64,000 nucleotides of DNA, taken from contig CM052817.1 in NCBI GenBank assembly GCA_028534125.1, forward strand, positions 13,208,001 to 13,272,000. The letters run 5' to 3'. This document shows positions 37,649 to 53,059 of the stretch, piece after piece (the first letter of the stretch is position 1; each line of letters starts with the position of its first letter). The notes under the pieces were generated by a model. That model searched no databases. It was not told the DNA's origin and worked only from the letters and a program-made list of their open reading frames with translations. Source of the stretch: Lama glama (taxonomy: Eukaryota). A program made the translations under genes and the position numbers.

Positions 37649-40600
37649 GTAAGTATTTTTTTTCTAATTTATACTATTTTTAAAAGAGTTATCCACTTTC
37701 TGAATTTAACTTGTATTAAATAAAATGTCAGGCAAAAAATGATTAAAGCCCATACATCTTTATGCTTCCTTAGGAGAGCTCGTAACAATAAGTTTTAAAT
37801 TGTTTTCACAAGCTATCTGAAGAGACTGTCATTTAGAAGATGTCTTGAAACTGAAGTTGTTACCGAATTCATTCTTTAAACCTTGTGATTAATCTTGTGA
37901 AACTGAAAGAAATTATTTGATTAAAAGGTATTTACAATGTATTTTCTTCCCTCCTACTGTCAGTTTATTTCAGTAACTCCTTTTTTGGTTGTTATCAGTG
38001 TTTATTGGGAATGCAGAATATAAACTTTTTTTTCCTCTGGAAAGAGTAGATAATATTTTCTTCTTAGAGATACTTGTGACCCAGAGCTACAGCTTTTTAA
38101 AGTAGCTTTTAGATCACCATTTTCATTAAATGCCAACAGTATGAGAATGAGAAAATTGTCTTTCCCTTTGTGTGAATATTTTTCTTACATCTTTTCCCTC
38201 TTACATCTTTATGAAAGAATATATGTATAGTCTTCTTTAACAGCAAAATAAAGAACAAAGAAAAAGGAAACTATGTTTGTGTATTTTCCCTTGACAAATC
38301 TTTAATCTACTGCCTCGTGTAGATGTGTTTTTCCAAGTGTGCATAGCTCAGTAGATATCAGATTTAAGATCACAGTGACATTCCTAATATTGTTGATATA
38401 TATCTTAATAAATTTTAAAATACCATATTATCCTTTTAAAATGATGGGTTTTGACTGACTGTGAATCTAGGATGTAAAACATTTTCCTTAGCTTTTACAT
38501 TAGTTTGGAATGGCGGAGGTGGGGAGCCCCTGTGTGCTGAGATTACAGCAGGAATCAGGAATTCAGGAATTCAGTATTTCTTAGCTAGTAGTGAACAGGG
38601 CAGGCATTTTTCAAGAATTAACTTATATTCAGAGTTCTTCATGGTGGGATCCAACAATATTTCTCCAGTAGCGAAAGTGAGACAGATGTTTCCCTTCCTC
38701 AGAGAAGACGACTGTTCGTGTAGCTACAAGGGATGATCCCCATGTCTTCTCCTCAACATAAATGGTTTCTGTTTTAAATCTGTGATTTCTAAGTGTGCAG
38801 GTAAAGACAGAAAAATACAGACTTCTAGGTATAAATGTGTAGAACCATCAAAATCCTGGTCCTCGGGTTTTACTAGCATTTCCATGTTTAAGAGATCTTA
38901 TTTGCTTTCTTTTTCATTGTCTCTAATGAAGACTTAGGAAAGTCGTCAGATAGATTCAGAGATGTAGGGTGTTCAAAACTGTCTCTGTGTATTGTGTCTG
39001 GTCAGAACAACATATGTCACAACCCACCCCAGTTGCCTGTGTGTCCCTGTGAAAGGATAGTGATGACCAAAGTTGACCCCCCTTTGGGAATGCCACTTGC
39101 AATCTTATGATGGTATTGTTTCTAAGCCCTTAAAACAGGTGGCTTTTAATCTTAGTGAAGATATTTAGGGAACCCAAGTCTATAAGTAATCCTTCTCCCA
39201 TATTTAAGGATGCATTTGGGAGTGAGATGCCGGTCATGGTGGGATTCTTCCTTAATTCCTCTTTATTTATTCTCTAAAAAATGTGATTTTAAAAGTTTAG
39301 AGAGAAAAAGAAAAGTGAGATGCTCGCCAGTGTACTTTGAGGAACGCAATGTTGACTTAGCAGGAATTTTGAAATATTTTTCTCCACATGCATCATTTTC
39401 CCCCCCAAATCTAAATGCAACTATTATGTGTACCATGAGATGAGTTTAGAACTGGGGTCTCAAAATCTTTCACTATTTTCTGGATTTATAGACATGGCGA
39501 ATCACTAAACTTCACTGAGCCCTTTATAAGATGAATATAATAGCTGCTTGCATTTGTTGTGGTTATTAGAAGATATGTGAAAAAAATCTTTTAAAACAGT
39601 AAAATGCTATGAAATACAGTCTACTGTTTCATCAGTATTCACTAATCAAGTGCTAGAGGTTAGCACTGAAAAGGGCACACAGGAAGGAGATGGGAAGGTA
39701 AAACATGAACTGATCTGCAGCCTGAGAAAGAGATACACTAGACCCCTGTTTATCCCTGGTCAACTAGACATCGAGCTACAAAACGCAACAAGAAAATACA
39801 TCAGAAAGTACTAAATGAATATACACAAGACCTTCATTTGTAAACAAGTTATTCAGTGCTACAGGGACTGAGGAAAGAAACAGGTAACAGGATTGCTTGA
39901 AGTTATCAGGAAGTATTTTAGAAAAGAAAGACTGAAGGAAAACATATAAAGGACTCTTCAAGGTTGGTTTATATCGTGTGTTGGTGAGTAGTGGTAGGTA
40001 AAGGTGAATTGAGAAAGAATTTATTAAGAGCAATGCAAAGCCTGCTGGTCTTACTGCCTTTCATTTCAGAGTATGAAAGGCCACGAGGACAACACTGAAA
40101 CACCAGGGTGCATTTATAAGTTCATTTAATTAAATGGGATAATATTTACAATTTGCCAGAAGTTTACAGTTAAAAGGCATTTTGCTATAATTAAAAATAG
40201 TTTAGACTACATTATTCAAAAAAAAAGTACAATTGCCTGGGACTTTGTGTGAAGTTTAGTTTTATCATTAAAAGTTAAGAAAGATACCTGGTAAAAATAT
40301 GTTAGAACTGAGAGTAAATTTTAATTCATATTATTATTAACATGGTAAATGGTCATCAAGTAATGACTTTAAAATAAAGTCCATAGATATTGACATTAAT
40401 AATATTATTAGTATTCAATATGAGAAGGAGAGGCACGGAGCTTTGGTCCTACCCGTCATTCCAGTGTGTGTGTTTATAACTTGGACAACCCAGCCTGGTG
40501 CCACGATGGCTAGTGTTCTGAGTCACTCACAGAGTCAAAGGGGAAAATGAAGGCTGCTCAGAAGGAATGTGTACTTTAGTTGCATCAAGCCGATACTTTG

Positions 40601-43600
40601 CAAAGCAGTGTCCAAAAGACCAGTTGGGTGCACTGTACTGGGTTTATTGGATTTACCCCCATTTTCAGGCCTTATTTAGAGCAAATTCCAGTGATCAGAT
40701 TTTCACTGGAAGCACTTGCTTTGATCGTGTGGATTGGCTAAATATGCTCAAGGCAGCATCCTGACAACATGAAATTGATGCTGTGGAAATTTTGCAAATT
40801 AGCAGATCTTATTCCTCTTCCTCCAGGCAAGCCACAATAAAACTATCCTAGACAGATGGACATTTATCTTGCTCTTAAACATCTTCAGGGAGAACTTCCC
40901 GTAACTTTTTTGCTTACCTCTATTAATTTCCAAACTGGATTTAAACCCTTTCAACTTTATATTATTACCCAGTTTTCTCCAGTTGCAGCTTAAAACAGTT
41001 TTCTTTTTCCTGGCATTTTAGACAGTGAGATCTGAGAATAACAAGATCATGTGAAAAGATCAGCTAAATTATACTGTTTATCATAGTCGCTGGCAACGCT
41101 TCTGCATAGGATCTACATCTGTGTTTTTAAACTCTCCAAAGAAGTATGAATTCAAGTATCGATACCGTATCATTACCCAGTGATGCCTCACCAAAATGAT
41201 AATCAATGTTTATATGATTTTTCTTGATAAACTTTGTATGTGTATTTAATATACTTAACACTGATTTATAAAGCCTTATCTCCCTCTGATCAATTCTTGA
41301 ATGGAGACATGTTACACTGTGTTGGTTTGTTTTGTTTTGTTTTCAAGTATCTATGAGGCATTTCCATTTAATCAAATAATTTAGGAGAATATTCAGATTA
41401 TACCTTACTTTACTGCTGAGACTTGTAAACTTATTCTCTATGTATTTTATGAGTACAGAAAATTTCCCAGAGTCTTTTGTTTTTATGAGAAAATATTTCT
41501 AGTCATGCTATCCTAGGATTTAAGCAAAATGTACAAATATATGTACTTAAAAATTAAATAGATTGCTAATAGTTATTCACATCACGAAAGCAAACTCTAA
41601 TATACTTTAACATCAGTTTCTTTTGTGAGTTCAGCCTGAATACTTAGAATGATTAAATTCCAACAAGCATTATTTTAGATATACTCTGTTTTTTCTTCTT
41701 TTTTTGGGTTGCAGTACATCCTCAAAATGTACTCTTTGTTCCACACTATACTGTTTACCTTTCATAAATACATTATTTTCCCCTTTGCTTGCATTATACC
41801 AATTCCATTAAATTGTCATCTGTTATGAGTCACTCTCCTTTTCCAAGAAAACTCCCTGTTTTTGGTTAAAAAAAATTGGCTGGGGAAAATATTTAAGTCT
41901 GTTCTTTTTTAAACATACATTCATTTATACACAAGGGTTTAAGTTACAAGATGACTTAGCTTGGTTCTCTTTGAGTAAGTCATGGTATCGTTTGGGAAAC
42001 AAGAATGCATGGCTGTGAGTTTTAGGAAACGAATCACCCAATTTGGGATGCAGTGATTATTGGTGATAAGATTTGGCAAATATGAGAAAGAGTTAATCTA
42101 TATGTTGTTACACAGCTGTTTCTATTATTTAGAAATTTCATTTTTTTCTGGAACTCTGTCATCTTTGATTTATTTTATTGATGGATCAATTAAAACCCAT
42201 AGGAGGAAAATTCACAGTTCTAAACTAGGTACACAGAAAGACATATATTTTGCAAAGTTTCACACTTCTCTGGTTTTAAATATCACTCTACTGGTTTCTT
42301 TTCCTCTATCATCCACATACTTCATGATGCTAGGGAACAAAGGTTTCTCACCTAATATAGAATCAATATATAATAGTCAGATGAGTGTATTATATATTTT
42401 ACCATTCAAATGCAAGATGTTAGCTTTGTCCTGTAAGTTAAGTCCTAATTAAAAAATGTCTAACATGATCAGCTACTTTTCCTGTTTAGTACATTACATT
42501 TCTTGTCATACTTATGTGCATACTTTTTACATAATTATCCTAAAAATGAAATCCACTGATACCAAATTGAGATTGTAACTTTTAGTGCCCCCAGATCATT
42601 CGTAGAGTGTTTTCAGTGAGCCTGAGGCTGAAGGGACTTTGAAGAGGAGTTCAGTTTCTCACTTAAGGAGCCTGCTATCTTCAGTGTTAGTTTAATGCCA
42701 TTGTCAGGTCTTTAGTGAGACGTAGAACCTTCTGAATGAGCAAACCTGTGTAGGGGGCTCTTCATTCAGACAGATGGCAAATGAAGTTGAATTTTATAGT
42801 ACGAGGGCTAGAAGTCCTTTTAACATCCAAAATGCTGCTTGTGAACAAAAGGGACAACCGGCGACTGATGGTTGTCTGGGTTCTTAGTCGTAAAATGTGT
42901 CAGGAATTCAGCATGCGACACCATCAGTAACATGGGAACTGTCCGTGGTCCTATAATTTGCCTAGTTTGAACTCACTCTGTAAAAGCACACTGAATTGTG
43001 ATAATCCCCAACAACTGTTGTCAGATATGCTACAAATAACATCTCCAACTTTGCGCTTTGCTTCATCTCCAAGGTGCCTTAGCGTTTTTTCTTCAGTGAC
43101 AGCACTCTCTCATGTAAAAGTGATTCTGTATAATGTACCTTTATAAACATTTTCCAGAACAAGAAAAAACAAAACAAAAAAACACAAGAAAATTTGATTG
43201 TTGGGATTCTAACTCACATATGTATAAAATAGTAATTGGCAAGATATTTCTGTGGCTGCCACATTGTCCTTGAGACAGAACGGGTCTTTAGCTTTCTTGC
43301 TTCCCCGACCCTGGACAGCTACACTTAGCTACCTCTGAACAATTACAATAACCTGCTGATTGAATTTCGATCTCCAGGTTATATTCTCATTAGATCATTT
43401 TAACATTGCAGCCAGATTGTTTTCATAATGCATTTTTTTTCATCCCATCACTCCCTGGTTCAAAATTATTCAGTTTATTAAAACAAAAACAAAAACCCTT
43501 TGTTAAATGCATTATGGCAAAGCTTTGGGGATTAAGCAGAATATTGTCATAGTTCTAAGGGGCCTATAGGAATATAGGCTCTTCCCTGAGAGAGCAGTGA

Positions 43601-44094
43601 CTTTTATTGATAAAGCAACATCTAGTCTCTGGTATCTATATACTGACTTGTCCCAGCACTCTGACTTCCACGCAGGCTCCCAGCCTCCTCTCCCATTGAA
43701 TCTGCACGTAAGTACTTTGTTCAAATCAAAATTGCCTCTCTCTTGCAGACATTAACTGTGAGCCTCTGCTCACAACTGTCCTTTGAACCAGTCTCCTCCA
43801 AAGGGAATACCCGCTTTTATTTTCTGTCTTACTGTATTCTACCCATTTTTTTAGGGATCAGGGTTTGTTTTGGTTTTAGTTTTCTTTTCCTCCCTCACAT
43901 GTCATTATTTCTGCCTAGGGTAGTCTCTTCTCTGAAATTCTGTAACATTCTTCATCAATAGGCCTCTTCCTTGAAACTTGGCCATTAGAAATTCACCTGA
44001 AATCCCATTCACAGAATGAATAGCTCCTGAATCTGTTTTCCTTGCCACCTGTGTATCTAGTGAGGGCTTCAGCAATATATACATTTAATTTGAA

Positions 44095-44287
44095 TCGAGG
44101 TTTCACTAAATATTTACTACCTACTTTGAATAACTTATTGAACTTCCTTGAGCCTAAACTTTTCCATCTATATACAGAATGATGATAATACCTACCTTTT
44201 CAAGTTATTGTGAAGAATAATGAGACGAGTATATCTACAGACCTTGCCATTTACTAGGCATTCAATAAATATTAGCAATTATTATTG
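44095..44287 (+). mobile_element. MIR SINE
   Basis: ttattgaacttccttgagcctaaactttccatctata...ttattgtgaagaataatgag...taggcattcaataaatattagc. Confidence 0.7.
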
Positions 44288-47200
44288 CCAGTTTCAATTT
44301 CCACCTCCCTTGATTACCAGAACATGAAAGTCAACTTTGTTTTTCCTCCAATCTCTGTTACCATCTCACTTGCAGCTTTCTTTAACCTTTTCCTAGTTAA
44401 TTATCAAGTGGGTATTATCCATAAATTGTTCCAATAAAAAATGAGATTCTTTATTCCTATGAGAAAAATAAAATGTTTCTTGAAACACTGCCAAAGGATA
44501 AATTCTCAAATAATGTAAATTATTTTGCGCTCCTCAGAATAGTCCTTTCCTCGGCTATTTTCTTCACTAACGTCCAGGTTGACACAGACGTGCTTTTATG
44601 CCGAGGTAAATGACATGGTTGCTGAAACTTCTTTCTAGGATATTCATTTCTATATGGATTAATTAAAATTATTCTTATGCCCTCTATGTAATGTAACTTA
44701 AATCTTGGACTGGCTCTTAAACAATCATTACTGGCATTAGATTTGTATATTGAGACACTCATATTCACCTGAATTTTGTACACACAAGGGAAGAAACAGA
44801 AGAGACCCTGCCCATAGTCTTACCAGTATTTTTTTTCTTTTTCTCCCATTTGATTTATGCTTTATCAGATTTCTTTTCAAATAGCAAAGTGTTGTTTTTC
44901 CCTCATATTGATTCTAATTACTTTGCTGTGTTGTAAGTCAACTAAATTTTTGGAGTTTGCCATCTTACAGTAGCAATACAAACATGAACTAAACCTCTAT
45001 TTCTCATACCTAAGAAAATCTGGAAAACTGGAACACAGTCATAATAATTTTGTTGAGACATTGAGAGACCCTGCCTGGCTTAGAAATTATTGAAGTTTTT
45101 TTTTAATATTCAGTATTGTTTCAGAGTTAAGTATATATTATGGCATTCTAATTCTTACAAAAAGAAAATCAATTAGTAATAAGGTCTTATTACTTGGAAG
45201 CTGCACTGAAATATGAATTTTCTATGGATAAGGACAGAACCAACTAAAGTTAATGCAAGAAGATAAGTTTCATGTGTGTAATTCAAACAATATGATGTCT
45301 AAATTTTTAAAAAATGAAAACTGGAAATTTCAAAAAAACTTAAAAGTAACAGAATGCAGTGTCTCCAGTTATATTTCAGGATGCCACGTAAGCAAACGTT
45401 CAACCTTCGTTGTCATTTACTACACTTTTTTACATTTATATTTAGCAACGTTATAGATTGTCTCTCATACTGAGAATTAATCAAAATCTGAAACTAGGCT
45501 GAATTATTTTTAGCATTACAGAAAATCAGATCAGCTTTAGAAATTTTACGTGAGTGAGAGCTCTCTTAATAAAGACATACTGCATTGTCTAAGACTAAAT
45601 TTACCAGTGCCGGGAGAAAATAACACAGGCAGTCTCGAGTTATTCTAGAGCATCAGAAGAGGAGTGGTTACCGCTGCAAAGGGAATCATAGAATGTTAAC
45701 GCTGAGAGAAACTTTAAAGATAATCTGTTTTTATAGCAACATCATTTTCATGAAATGAAAGATAAAGCAGTTGATTCTAAACACACATTTGCAAACTAGG
45801 ACAGTGAAGACTCAGATGGGGGTGGGGGGATTTGGTATTGGAACAGGAGGAGGACTGAAGGTGGGAAATAAGGAGGAGAAGACACAGAATTCTGTGCAGA
45901 GATGTGTGGGCAAAAGTCTGAAAGAAACCACCAACAGTACTGTCCGTACCACTCTTTCTCGCCAGAAAATAAGAAGAAGGCTTGCTCACTTCACCCTGGA
46001 CCAGTGAAGGACCCTGAAGCTGTCTCTAATGTACCGAGCGTTCTTATCATCCAAAGATCAACATATTTACTTACGTCTGGTCAATAGTTGTCACATTACT
46101 TTTTGGAGAAGTGAAACGTATTTCCTCTTACTAATTCCTTAATTCAGAATAATTCCGTGGTACAATTCGTAATCACATTGTTTAGGGTCAGCACGTCTCT
46201 GAACTTGTGGCTGAGAACAGATCCTTTCCTGTTTACAGAAAGCAGAAGTGCCCGGGTTTTGGAAAGGTAGCAGAGGGGGACGTGAGCAGCGTGAGAGAAA
46301 CAAGGTGCAGAAAAATTGCCCAGAAACCCTGAAATAAATTACACTTTTGCATCGTTTTGACACTGTTTATCTTGAACCATATGCAGACAAATGGAGGTGT
46401 TTGTGCAGAGAGATTTTCTCATGAGCAGGCACACGGGTTCAACCCTTTCCATAAACATTCCTGTGAAGACGACAAAATCTACCCTGGGCTGAAAAAAACT
46501 TATTTGCTTTAATTTTCATTGTTCTTTCTTATGAGTAACATTTTCACAACTACCTTCCTTCTTAGAAGATACTGGAACTGAGAGATGATGGCATTCAGAA
46601 AACTTTTAGGGAAAACTTTGGTCCTCTGAGAGCCGAAAAGCCTTAATGGTTTAGCACCGACAAGAGCTTACTTAGATTTCTGTTCAGAATGAGAAGCAGC
46701 ACATAACCACGAGCCGTGTTAAAGAGGGTGAAATTACGGAAGTTTCCAGCAGCATCTCAGCTCCGGGTGGTACACAGAAAGTAACCTGCCTCTCGGTACT
46801 TGTAGGACAAGATCTGCTTGAGTGCTTGCTTTCTGGCAAGCTAGGGCTTCCCCTTTGTGTATAGTATGCATGATTTAAAAGAAGCTGTGTCAGCACTGAT
46901 TTATACATTGACAGCTAAGGATAATAAGATATGGGCAAACATACAGCTCACCCTTTTACAGATTAACCTGGAGACTGCATTAGGCAAATTTGATAGCATT
47001 AAAAGATTTTGCCAATTTGTCTGGAAACAATTTCTCTTTTGTAGTGTGTCAAGGGTAACACTTCATGCCATTGTGCTAATTTAAATGGCTTTGATAAATT
47101 GTTTAAGGGGGTTAGAGAATAGTAGTGTAGATATATATTTAGCACTTTAAAATAAAAAAGGCTATTAACTTAATTGTTAAATGAATTTAATCTGTAAAAA

Positions 47201-48999
47201 TCAAAAGTGCTCAAGAATCTAAGTGTTTTCTTGGAACTGCAGCAACCATATTACATCATGAGTCTTTAAAAGTCTTCTTAGAAAATAAAATTATACTTCT
47301 GCATACTTCCTAATGAGCAGAAATGCTTTCGGCTGTCACAGTAGCATAGGTTCAAGCTGTTATTTGGGGAAAGCCTTAGTTTATACAAGCAATAAAATTG
47401 TATCTTCTCCAGGGCTCACCTTTTTTATGTTACACGTCTTAGATTGTACCATTTGCATGGCATCAAGGTAGTCTCTTGTATGATTGTGTCCCCTGGAGAC
47501 CTTCGTAAAAATGAGATGTATATTTCATGAGACATTCTCTATGTACATAATTTCTAAAGTAAGGAATTTGAAGAGGCCCCACTGAAAGTCACTGGATTAA
47601 ATCATTGCACCTTTATTCAGAAGTCTTATGAGAGAAACGGCAATTTAAACAGCTCCTTAAGATCAGACCTCCAATGTGAATGAACCCTTTTGTGAATTTT
47701 GAACTTGAAACAAGGACAAGATTCATTTGTATTATGATCATCATCTTACCCTGTACATATGCACCCCTTCCCAATGCATGGAGAGCTGACAGCTCACCTG
47801 CCTCTTTCATCAAACATTTTGTTTCTATCTCAAGTGAAGCATTAAAATACTTTTTCTTTACTGGAATAATAATATCGTTAAGCATCAAGCTACTGTATTT
47901 AAATAAAAACTGCTTTAAAAAAAAAAAGGACAGTGCAATGGAATTTAGTACTTGTCCATTTCAACCAAGTAAATTCCTTAATGTGAATAAGGAAATTTTA
48001 ATTCCAAAAACAAGCGGCAGGAAAAAGCAAACAAGTTTGAAACAGCCTTTTTTTTTTTTTTTGTCAATCATTGAATCCTAGCAAATGACCACTTAAACTT
48101 CTGGAAAAGAAGTATTCATTTGAATTTTGCAGTATTCAGAATGAATTGATACAGCTTTTAAACATTTTGTTGCAGACACACGTAATATTTTAACAAAGTT
48201 GCTGCCATATATGTTTCTTAGTGTTTGGGGCTGAAATTAGCATCTTTGATAAAAGCAAACTTATTGAAAATTTCTTAAAATTTTAAAAACTTATTTTCTG
48301 GAGAGTGGTATAATTTGGGAAGTTACTTAACTGAAAAGCATGTCATGTTTGCAGTGCCGATAATTCGCATTTAATGCTAACAGTGCAAATTAGGGGAGTA
48401 GTGAAGCTTCATGTAAAACAACTGGTAGCTTTCTAAAGTGTATGCCTGGTTGCGAACAGCAAGGAGATAGCTGGGACGTCATTTCTCTTTCTTGATTTGG
48501 AGTTCTTGAAGGAAAACTGCTTTTAAAAGAAGAAAACCTAAAAGTAGTCTTGCTCTTCCTTGCCAAGGATAGTGAAATTAACATGCAGCTGGGCTTCTCT
48601 GATAAATGGATTCTGTTAGGTCACTGAGGGGGTGCATGTGACATTAAGTGATTTACAGTCCTTTACCTTAATGAAATTGTTTCAGCAAGATGACGCTGAA
48701 AGCTCTTAATGGATAGCTTTTCTTGATGTAATGAAATTGCATTCCTATGGCATTTAATATAAGGTGCAGTTATTATTTACTGGAGCTTTCCAAGGGCTGC
48801 TATTTGCACAGACAGTTCAGAACAAAAAGAGATTTCAGTGGCAGCACTGAAGCCAGAATGGCTTGTGACATTCTTAAGCGGATGAGTGTATCTGTGAGAG
48901 CTTTTCAGTTGGTGCAGCCGGGGCTCCAGGGGCCCTTCCTTTCACCTCACTCTGCCAGTGTCCAGTATTTCACGTACATTCTTCTAATCTATTTAACAG

Positions 49000-49071
49000 G
49001 CAGCTGGATTACAACCAGATCAGCTGTATTGAAGACGGGGCGTTTAGGGCTCTCCGGGACCTGGAAGTGCT
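49000..49071 (+). CDS. SLIT2: SLIT2 internal coding exon (exon 6), one LRR of D1
   Basis: ttctaatctatttaacag acceptor and gtaagt donor at 49072; 72 nt, phase 2/2. Translates (L)[23 protein letters not shown](L), in frame with the previous exon. Confidence 0.97.
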
Positions 49072-52000
49072 GTAAGTACGGCTTGTTTCTCGTACTCTTT
49101 TAACGGGAGCTTTGTGTCTGGGGAGTGCTAATGTGGAAGCTTATCTGTTAGCTTAAAACCTTGTGTCAAAATGGTTTCCTAAAGACAAACCTTAAATAAC
49201 TCAGCGAGTACAGAGACGGGTCGAAATGTATGTGTGTGCAAAACCTTGCGTATCATGTCTGTATGCTTGGGTCAAATTGTCTAATTTAGGGAGGAAACCC
49301 CAAATGTTCACATGTGTTGTCTTTAAGTATTTCTCCTTATAATAAAATAGTCTCATATACAGGATTCGTGAGAATATTGAGTTGCTATATATCAAGGTAA
49401 CATCAGTTGTATAAGAAAAATTACAACAAAAAATAAACCTTAGCAGCTGATATGTTGGTATATTTTAGTTGCTATACAATGGAAGGATGTTTCTCATTTT
49501 AAAATGTCATCGTAACTAGATAACGTATCATCTTTGTAAGGTTATCTTGAAACGTACTTTCTAATTTTAATAAGCTGCCCATTGGGTCCATTTTAAAGTC
49601 TTCACTACTGACTTTGTGAAGCACGGCACAGATTCGAACTGTAATTGGCACACTCTGTCTTTCCTTGCTGGATAGACATGGCTGACAGAATTGGTTAGGG
49701 ACAACTAAGTAAACTCTACAGACCTTTGACTTAGAAAAGTAATTTTAATGCAATTGTAAATTATAGTGAAAAATAATTTTAATGAAAGCTGGAGTCACTA
49801 AAGCCGTTTAAGCCACGTACACATTTCTGTAATTTTTCCCAAAGATTCCTATTTCTAACTTTTTCAGTATACTTACCGATTTCTCCCCCCAATAAATTAT
49901 TTTCTGTGCTATAAATCATCGCTGACTCAATTTCTTCAGAAATCCAAAATTGAATTAAATGTGACGTGATTTTAAATTTTTATTCCATGTGTTAAAAGTT
50001 ATCCAGAAATCATGAAATCCTCCTGAAAAAAAAGAGCTTCCATTGCTTTATACATTGAGTTTAAAGAGAAGAATGTAATTCTGAAAACAGTTGATTGGCT
50101 CAACTAGAATGGCTTATTTTAGCTTTGTTTTCTAGGTGATTTTGGTTTTGATTGTGAGTAAATGAATAGAATTTCTAACTGTGTTATGTGCTGCTAAGTT
50201 ATTAATTTCTTTTAAAGAATTATGTAAGAATATGTTGGTTGAGATGATTTGTTCTGAGAATATATACTGTTCTCTAACCACGTGAGAGACCACCTTTGTT
50301 TCTGTTGATAACAACCTAACTTATTCTAAAGGAAAAACATTCAGTGATTCTCATGCATGTTGTAATTATAAGGCCACTTCTTACATTGTGTTCCAGAGCC
50401 ATTTTTAATATAGGAAGCTCGCTGATGCTATTTCAGAGTCAGAATCATTGGGGTACAACTGTGATTTCATGGTGGTCTGATGTCAAACCACAGTCAATGT
50501 CATGAATGTGCAGGGACTACCGCAGGTGGTATGTAACTGAACAGAGAAGATCAAGTCAAAGAATTTGTTGCTAAGTCAGTGTTCCTAACTAGGGGTATGA
50601 ATGACACCAGACATTTTATGGAAGCCCTCCTGAATGTTTTGAATTAATTAAAATCCCTACATTTTTATTACATAAAAGAATTTAAAATACTTATCAGATA
50701 TAGAATAACTAATATATATGTAGTGAGGATATATTGAGTGTTTTATATATAGAGGGAGAGAGTCTATATATATATATGTAAAGAGAGAGAGAGAGTACCC
50801 ACTATGTGCCAAGCACTGTGCTAGGCACTGAAAACACTTTACTCACAAATATAGTAATATTTGTTTGCTTTTTTTTTTGTTACAAACTGATATCATTGTT
50901 TTTAGAAACAGTAAGTTCAGGAAAACTCAATAACCTCATGTATTTTGTCATGTTAGCAAAATGCCTAGAAAGTGACTTTAGCAAGACCCACTATCATGAA
51001 ACACACCCAAGAGTGATAAACATTTTGTGGTTCATGGCATTAAAATGAAAATCCAAAATGCTGGGAACTCTTTTGAGGACCTTAATATATAGGTCTCGTA
51101 GAGCTACCTGATGGTAGTTCAGAGTTTGTTTGCTAAAGGGAAAGAATTAAAATTATTTAATTTTAAAATGTGAATTTTTTCAAAAGAATTTTAATATCTT
51201 ATATTAAAATATTATAAAGTCAAGCAGACATTCTTTTAATATATATTAATTTTAAATGCTCATAATTTATGCAATCTTTAAAGAAATTAATTAATGAAAC
51301 ATTTAAGGCCACGTTGGATAGAGTACCGGAAAGTGTAGGATTTGTTAAGCCCAAATCTCTCATCAAGTAAATCAAAATTTACTGATTTTATATGTCTGGT
51401 CTGCGGCTTTTTAAAATAGAGTTACCATTTGGAAGGGTTCCAGAAAGAAAGTTGCTTGTTTTGCTTCTGTTATTAATCCATGACTCTTTAGGATCTGTCT
51501 TTTTATTACATGGAAATTAATAAAAGAGCATGAATTTGTACATGACCTTAAATGTCAGATTCCCATTGTTTTATTTATTAATTTTTTAATTGTAAATCCG
51601 TGAATCATTTGAGATTGTATGAATATACTGAAGCTAAACAGGAGAAGATGAGGGTAATCATATTGGGCCACTGATGAAAATTTGTTAGAGTAAAATATAT
51701 ATTAAGGAAGAGACTGAATAAAGTTCAAGAAGGAGAAGCCAAGGTAGAGAAAGCAGAGACAGTTTATCACTTCTATGTTCATAACAAACTGACGTTTTGT
51801 ATAAGTCTCACTGGTAGGATTTAGAACTTTACTTTCTTATTATGAAGATAGTATCTCAAAAATAACATTGGAACCTAAATGAAGATCAATATTTTCTTTT
51901 GCTTCGGACACTAGGTTCAGAAATGAAATATATCCCTTGAGTTGCCAGTTTCATATGGTTAATTTCTTTTCTTTTCTATAGAATGGACATAATTTAATTG

Positions 52001-53059
52001 AATTGAAACATAGTGATTCATATCCATTCAATACTAGACTCTCTGCCAAATCCTATGCTTAGCACTAGGGAATAAGAAAGAATAAATCAAGATCTAAGTC
52101 TGAGAGGGCCTACATGACTACCAAGACAAACATTTCTTATTTACACACCAGGACGTCCTTCGTACAAGAATACACTCTCATTACAAAGAGAAAATCTTCA
52201 GGCTGAACATAGAAATAGACTTTCATACGGGAAAAAGTATTTGCAAATAAAAAAGGACAGTATATAAATCCACAGTGTTTCAGAATAGAAATTGATCATG
52301 ACCATAACATATACAGCTCAACATACCTGATCAACACTTACACTTATTATTAATTCCAAAATAACTTCATTGGTTTCACATATTGTTCAGTTACCAGGTA
52401 TTAGTATCAATATTGCTTTGCCAACATCAACACTGAATAAAAATACTACGATAATTTATTCTTTTTGTTGCAATAGTTTGAGAAAAGTCTTCAAATTGCT
52501 AGCCAGTGGCTTCTGCATGCAATGAAAACTCTCTTTTGTGTGCAATTATAAGAAACTATAGTTCAGAGTTAATGCGTGTCTGGTGAGTGTGAATTCCTTT
52601 AAAAAATGTTATTCCCAAAGTTGCATTTCAGTATGCTGTGTACTCTAAAGATTTTAGCTGTATAAAGTCAGCATAAATTTTGAGGGTGGTAAAAGGGGTC
52701 ATTTGAAAACAAATCCCTTTGAGAAGTGAAACCTTTTAGTTCAAACATCAGGATACGTTTTAATGGTGTTTGAAAAAAAAATCTCTTTTCACTTGAGTGC
52801 AGAAAAAAATGCTAGAGGGTTTTGGATAACATGAGCCAACTAATTCGGTGCTTTATAGGTCCTTCATAAAGTGGGTTTTCTTTTTTCTATGTGGACTTAA
52901 TTCAGATCACTTGGATTAATTCTTGTATCATTCAATACATTGCAAAACTGGATCATAAAGAGAGTCAGTGAATGTTCTAGATCCGTAGCTGTCATGCCCT
53001 CCTTTACTGAGACGTTAATATTAATCCCCCCACCCCTGAACACCCCACATTCCACCACT

